A stretch of DNA of 64,000 nt from the human T2T-CHM13v2.0 reference genome, Homo sapiens. This document shows, piece by piece, positions 55,559 through 64,000 of this stretch (positions are counted from its first letter, which is position 1; each line of letters starts with the position of its first letter). The notes below the pieces were generated by a model that was not told the DNA's origin, searched no databases, and saw nothing but the letters and a program-made list of their open reading frames with translations. A program made the translations under genes and the position numbers. Where the stretch lies: NCBI RefSeq assembly GCF_009914755.1, contig NC_060942.1; one strand, 5' to 3'.

Positions 55559-55874
55559 TTGAATAGAATGAAATGTACATAAGAACCTATCAAAAATATA
55601 ATTTCCAGAAAAGAATAAAAAATGAGACAAATTACACATTTTAAAATAACCTCATGGCTAAGATAACATAACCAAGAGTTTTGCACTCTACAGGATAATT
55701 TTTATTTTTTATCTCAGTGGGTTTAATTTAAACAGTATTCATATTATATTAATTAGCATTTGATACTGGATATCTGTTAGTTTGCAAACTATTTTCCATC
55801 AAAATCTGTATTTTAAACTTCCTTTGAAAGAAATGAGAAAAATCTTATAATCCTGAGCTCATATTATGTTTTAA

Positions 55875-56125
55875 GCTTAATTGAGGAATAATTGATCTAC
55901 AAAAACACATATTTAATGTTTATATTTTGATGAGTTTGGACGTATGCATCCTTGTGTGTTTTCATTTGTTTCAGTTTTGTGGAAAGAACACTTATGTAGA
56001 GATCTACTCCATTAAAATAATTTAAAGTGCACAATACCATATTGCTAATTATAGCTACAATGTTGAACAGCAGATCTTATAACTTATTCATTTGTATAAC
56101 TGAAACTTCATATCCATTGAGCAAT
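55875..56125 (-). mobile_element. L1MA9/10-like 3' end fragment
   Basis: AGAACACTT...GATCTACTC...TGTTGAACAGCAGATCT...AACTTATTCAT...TAACTGAAACTT. Confidence 0.7.
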
Positions 56126-57094
56126 ATTGATGAGTCCATATTTTAATAATACCATAATTTTCTATAGTTGAGTTTTGGATTTTTTTCTACATTTTTCCAC
56201 AATTATATTGCATCAACAAACTGGCTCATTTATTTGTTATCTTTTTCAAATCTCTAGGCATTTGTGTTTCTGGTGCTTGATGCTGAGAATATGAGGGAGG
56301 GTAATATTAATCCACTATTATAAACACCATTAAAGGAGGCCACTTGTTTTTTGTTTGTTTTGTTTTGCTTTGTTTTGTATTTAAAAACTCCATGAAAAAG
56401 AAGGAAATACGCTATTTTGTAACTATCATATATCACAGTTACATAGCTGGAATATCACACTAATTTCATTACACTATTTTCTGGCAAAATTCCATTTAAA
56501 ATAGTTGGCTATTTATTTTTAAGCATTTTATCCAAAAGAGATTTGAACAAAATTTAGCCACTGCTAATGTTTAAAATTCTTGGGTAACTGATAACAGACA
56601 AAAGGTTTCATGAATTTACAAAAATTCTAACAGAAAATTGAGGAAGTTTGGGATGCAATTAAAATGGAAACAGCCGCTAACTAAAAATTAGGAGAAGTCC
56701 CTCTGTCAGCCAATGCTAATCAACCTCTGCCTCCTACAAAATGCTGCCCTAAAGATCAAAGACACTTGATGGAAAGCCATTAATTGAAAAGAAATATGAT
56801 GTTACAGAAGACAAGTTTAACTTCTTAAAGTAATCTATTTAAAAAATCAAAGTTATAATTAGTGGGTCAAATGCCAAACATCCCATGTATTGTCTCCCCA
56901 AAGATGTTAAAGATGACACCATCCCAAAGGCTTTGTAAAAATACACAAAGATATTTTACGAATCATAAAACGAACTCTGTTTGAAAATTTTTTTACATAA
57001 TAATAACTATTATAAAATAGATACAGGAGAAAATAGAGAGATGATTTCAGACCAGAGAAGACTTACAGAAAACACATTTTTCAATATTATAATG

Positions 57095-57185
57095 GCACTC
57101 CATCTATTTCTCATTGATGAAATGGGGATACTAACAGTGTTGTTTTGGGGATTGGATGAGTTAATATTTTAAAGCATTTTCAACA
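57095..57185 (+). mobile_element. MIR core fragment
   Basis: TTTCTCATTGATGAAATGGGGATACTAACAGT...GGATTGGATGAGTTAATA. Confidence 0.6.
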
Positions 57186-57229
57186 GGATAAGTAGTTATA
57201 TGAGAACTACACAATTCATGACTAAATTC

Positions 57230-57670
57230 AAATTTGTTCTGCATTTTTCTAGGCATTAAAGATATAATAGTGAATAAAGCAAAGTCAGACAGATGCTAAA
57301 GAAAGAAAGTAGGCGATGCATGAACACAGGCATTAATCAAAAAGCAATGAAGGTATGGTAAAGGACAGAGGACCTTTGGCATTGCCATTGTTATTTGTCC
57401 AGGGCAGCGGGAAATGTTTAATCATGTAGTGCTTGAAAAGAGATATGCCAGATGTGAGAGGGCCACTCAAATATCTGTTTCGTGAGCTTTCTGGGCAGAG
57501 AAAGGGAAATTGGAGCAAGACTGAAGGACTGAAGAATAACAATGAGAGCTGCATGGCTGGAAAATAGCACCATGAGGAAAATCCAAGAGAAGTGAGGTTA
57601 TAAATGGACCAAACCACGTGAGGACTTTCATAGAATCTAGTTTATAATATGAGTTGATAGGAAGATCATA
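57230..57670 (-). mobile_element. L2 fragment
   Basis: CTAGGCATTAAAGATATAATAGTGAATAAAGC and the downstream purine-rich L2-like sequence. Confidence 0.45.
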
Positions 57671-58160
57671 TTCCCACTTTTATCACAAAATTATTATGCA
57701 AAACTGAGTAATATTAGTCAATTTATCATGGGAATTTTGAGATTTAGTTCACTGTAGACAACAACATGACTATGCACTACTGTTTAAAAAGTGGAAAAAA
57801 TACCTGGAGCCCTTCCCTCTAGCCTCAGGGACACCCAAAGATTCATTCTTGATTGTATTTTTCTTGCAATAACATAAGGATCGCTTACCATACCCAACAA
57901 TCGCTCAATAACTATTGAATTAACAAGAATAGATGAATCGACTCAAAAATAATTTGAGGAAGTTTCTCAACAAGAACCAATAAATAATAAATGAGTTTCT
58001 ATACATAATAGACTCATAAATATTTATTACCAGACACTTCCAAAACTACTCTTTCTCTGATCTTATTAGATCAAACAGACTTTTGATTAAAAATTGAGCA
58101 ATCAATATGCATTTAATAAACAGTAGTTCATTATATAGCATCCTAACTAACCACTACAGA

Positions 58161-58622
58161 TGTAAAAAGTTGAGTAATGACTGCCCAAAGAGGTCCACAT
58201 CCTAATTCCTTGACACTGTGGTAAATATGTTACCTTATGTGGCTAAAGGGATTTTTGCAGATAGTATCTAATAAGTATTTTGAGATGTAGAGAATATCCT
58301 TGATTATTTTGATGACCCAATGTAATTATAAACATCCTTATAAAGAAAGAAAGGAGGTTCAAAGTCAGAGACAAGGATTAGAAGATACTACATAGCTGGC
58401 TGTGAATATGGAGGTTGGGGCCACGAGAAAAGGAATTGTAGGGGGCATCCGGGAGCTCAGAAAGAAAGAAAAAACTATTCCCCTAGAGCCTGGAGAAGAA
58501 ACAGAACCCTCCAGAAATTTCAGTTTTAGGATTTCTGACTTCCAAAGCTGTAAGATGAAAATGTTGTTTTAAGTGACTACATTTTTGGCAATTTGTCAGA
58601 GCAGTAATATAAATCTAATATA
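58161..58622 (+). mobile_element. MLT1D-like MaLR LTR
   Basis: CCCAAAGAGGTCCACATCCTAATTCC...ATATGTTACCTTATGTGGC...CCCCTAGAGCCT...GCAATTTGTCAGAGCAGTAATATAAATCTAATATA. Confidence 0.85.
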
Positions 58623-59704
58623 GCAGTTAAAATAAAAATGTTTAAAGATTGGACTTTTTCCATTTTTAAAATATAATGGAAGAAATAAAATTACTTATAT
58701 GGAAAACTGAAAGCAAAACAAAACAAAAATATTAATCCAATTTCCTTATTTATAAATTATGAGTATTGGAATATTTATCTCTACCAACTATAACATTTTA
58801 TTATTCTAATGTTTGCCTCTTATTTGATAATCCAAAGAAGGGTGACTATTCTGTCTTTTCTCATTTTTCTACAACTTTCCAAATTTACCATGTAATTATA
58901 AGAACTGTATTGTAATATTTTACTTTTAGTTATTCTTACATATCATCTTCTCATTAAATTTAGGCTTTCAGTAAATATTTCTGAAACAAGTCCAAGTGTT
59001 ACAGTTCACCAGCAAATGAAAGTCATATTCTCAAAACCAAACCCATCTTCTGCTTAATTCATTTGTTTCATCTGGCTTCCTTAATTTTTCTTACTGTAAC
59101 TTTCAGTCTCCTAATTTTCAGACATTATTTATTGCCAAGCATCTATTTCCTATAAATTATTTTTTCAAGTCAAGTAGTAAAAGGCTATATATTTAATTAG
59201 AATTGCCATGTACTTATACTTTATAACCAGCAGTAAATTAAACTGCCTAAGTGAATCAAAGGAAAAATCCTGATAGAGAAAGAAAGGTTAGCTCTTCAAG
59301 GCCAAGTTTCACAATAAGCTACCAAAAATAATATTATTTAAACACGTCAGTTGTTTTAATCATTATAACTTTTATCATAAAATAATTGTCCACAAAATAT
59401 TTGGTGTAGATGGAGAATTTTTAGGCAGAAAAGTTATCTGTTAATACAATTAAGTTTTTAACAGAAAGAAAATAAATTATCTGTTCTTAATAAAAATGTT
59501 CATTATCAACATAGAATAATTTTTAAATTACTTTCATAGGGAAAAAACCTGCATATTGAATATAGGATGACAAATAATAATCAGTTTATCTGATGTACAG
59601 TAAAGCCTCTAAAAGTAAGTAATCTTATGGCCTTTCAAGCTCTTAAACTCTTAAAATGGTCTCTTCTTGCTTATTCTATTTCATCTAGTGTCTCCAAGAT
59701 TTTT

Positions 59705-61419
<1,715 letters not shown>

Positions 61420-62127
61420 TTATAGATTTTTTTTCAAAGCATACTCATTGACATCATTCAAGAAACAATGTTCTTCAGACTGAAAACTTGGGAATGGTAG
61501 ATAACTGTGTTTTTCTATAATTACATGTTTAACTTTGTTACACAGATATACACGTGTACATGCATTACCCCCAGTCACTGCAAGGAAAAATGCCTAAATT
61601 TTACTTCTTAATCCACAGCACCAAATATTGAGCCTAGTGTTCACTCAAAACCTCATTGAATGAATTACAGCTGGGATTTATATTCAGGAGATCTGGGGTT
61701 TCATTTTAGTGTATATCAATTTTTTGGGAATTCACTGATTTCTACATAATCCCACTGTATAATGAAATGCAAGAAATGCAAGAGATGAACGAGACTTTGG
61801 CAAGTATTTCTTATAACACCTCCTTAACAGGTGTTTCACCTGATGCCCTGAGATGAAGTGCATTATCTTCATGTCCCAAGGAGGACATGGAGGGAAAAGC
61901 TGAAAAGGAATTGTATTATGAAACTATGTTTCATAAACTTGGTAATACTACATTTTACAATATATGATATAACTACTGCTGATTAACCTGGAAAATGTTC
62001 ATTTACTTTCCAGAACCTGAAAGTAAATCAAAAATTATAAATAGAGAACACAGTAATAAGTAATTAATCAAGATCTAGATTTTGCTTTATTTACACATTG
62101 AGGTAATATCAAGAAAATAATTAGATT

Positions 62128-62243
62128 TCACAAACTTTTAATATATTATTTGTAGTATTATAGAGAGTTAAATATTGCCACTTGGCTCACAAACTTTTAA
62201 TATATTATTTGTAGTATTATAGAGTTAAATATTGCCACTTGGC
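62128..62243. repeat. Tandem duplication, 59 bp + 57 bp
   Basis: TCACAAACTTTTAATATATTATTTGTAGTATTATAG(AG)AGTTAAATATTGCCACTTGGC occurs twice, differing only by one AG. Confidence 0.97.
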
Positions 62244-62788
62244 TTTGCTCATTAATATTTGTTTTATTTTGCTCACAAGCCACTAAATAAAAGAAATATA
62301 AACTAAAAATATAAAACCACAATGATTTTTAAACAAGTAGTAAAATTTTACCCTTATTTTATAAGAAAGAATAATATGTAATTTCATATTGACTTTCAGA
62401 TTAGTGAAATTTATGAGGCTGATAAGAATATTTATTTAAAACATCTTCTCTCTACTTTTTCCTAGGAGACATAATGCATTATGAGTAAGATTAACTAGAT
62501 GAAAGAGACAGAATCAAATAAATATAGAATGCAACAATGCTAAACTCGTTTTACTTTGATGAGACACATTGTGAACACACTACTTGAAAGTAGAAAATCG
62601 ACATTAATCTACAGATACACAACGTTACTCAGGAAAACCTAGTTGTAGGAATTCATATTTAGATATGACTAATTCAAACTGAGTATGCACATAGCCACGA
62701 TCCAGCGATTACACCCTGGCATAAATATACGAAAGAAAACTCTCACTGGTCCATAAGTGACATGAATACAAATATTTATGCAGTATTA

Positions 62789-63284
62789 CAGTGTACCTTT
62801 AAACAACACGGGTTTGCACTGTGCAAGTCCACTTATGCATGAATTTTTTTCAAAAAAAGTTGCACCGAGTGTCCCTGCCTCTCTTGCCTCCCCTTCCACC
62901 TCTTCCAAATATTCTGCCCGTGCCACCCCTGAGACAGCAAGACCAACTGCTCCTCTTCCTCCTTCTTCTCAACCTACTCAACGTGAAGATGATGAGAATG
63001 ATGACCTTCATGAGATCCACTTCCACTTAATGAATAGTAAATGTATTTTATCTTCCTTATGATTTTTTTAAATAACATTTCTTTTTTCTCTAGCTTACAT
63101 TATTGTAAGAATATAGTATAACACATAGACATACAAAGGATGTTTCATCAACTGTTCGTTATCAGTAAGGCTTCTCGTCAACAGTACACTTAGGTAAGTT
63201 TTCGGGGAGTCAAAAATAATATGGAAATTTTTGACTGCCTGGAGATTAGCACCCCTTTCCCCTTCATTGTTTAAGGGCCAATTG
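62789..63284 (+). mobile_element. Tigger2a-like (TcMar-Tigger) non-autonomous DNA transposon
   Basis: TA-CAGTGTACCTTTAAACAACACGGG...TTGTTTAAGGGCCAATTG-TA terminal inverted repeats with a TA TSD. Internal GCCACCCCTGAGACAGCAAGACCAAC. Confidence 0.88.
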
Positions 63285-63286
63285 TA

Positions 63287-63608
<322 letters not shown>

Positions 63609-64000
63609 TCATTGTGCTTGGTTGGAGGCAAGCTATTCATCTGGAAGAGTATATAAGTTATATATGACATATTCTTAGTGAGAAATAAACATGTATTGAA
63701 TATACACATAGCAACACAGCTGGAATTGGTATAGTTCGGTGTTAGTGAAAAAGAAGCAGAATCCTTATGTGTATGCATATCTGTGATCTGATCTTTAAAA
63801 ATAAATTTAGAAATTATATGACTCTATAAATAATAATACATATATGATTCACTGAAATTAAAGATGCAATACTTCTATAAAAATGCATAAAAACAAAGGA
63901 TACATATTAAACAAATATATTAAGTTAATTATATATGTGTGAATAAGTTATTAAATAAAAAGAGAAAGCAATGTTTCAAGGTTGACATAATGTGACAAAA

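Overview
AT-rich, CpG-poor primate (very likely human or great-ape) non-coding DNA, of the gene-desert or large-intron kind. I find no credible cellular protein-coding gene, tRNA, rRNA or CRISPR array. The ORFs I can recognise are LINE-1 ORF2, Alu, LTR, ERV pol or simple-repeat translations; the rest look like chance ORFs. The window is a mosaic of transposon fossils: L1 copies from old L1M to young L1PA2, eight Alus, solo LTRs with target-site duplications (LTR1-like, THE1, MST), MLT1 and MER89-like LTRs, a degenerate class III ERV pol fragment, and MER45, MER58 and Tigger2 DNA transposons. Subfamily names come from my recollection of consensus sequences, not from a database search. The most unusual structures are: (i) a 1.23-kb almost pure A/T repeat expansion inside a 5'-inverted L1; (ii) an inverted-plus-direct local duplication (A'-B-A-B) at 44.3-44.9 kb; (iii) a young L1PA2 with a probable short 3' transduction; (iv) an AluY with a transversion-rich mutation spectrum that spares CpGs. 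I see no evidence of a new gene-level biological system.
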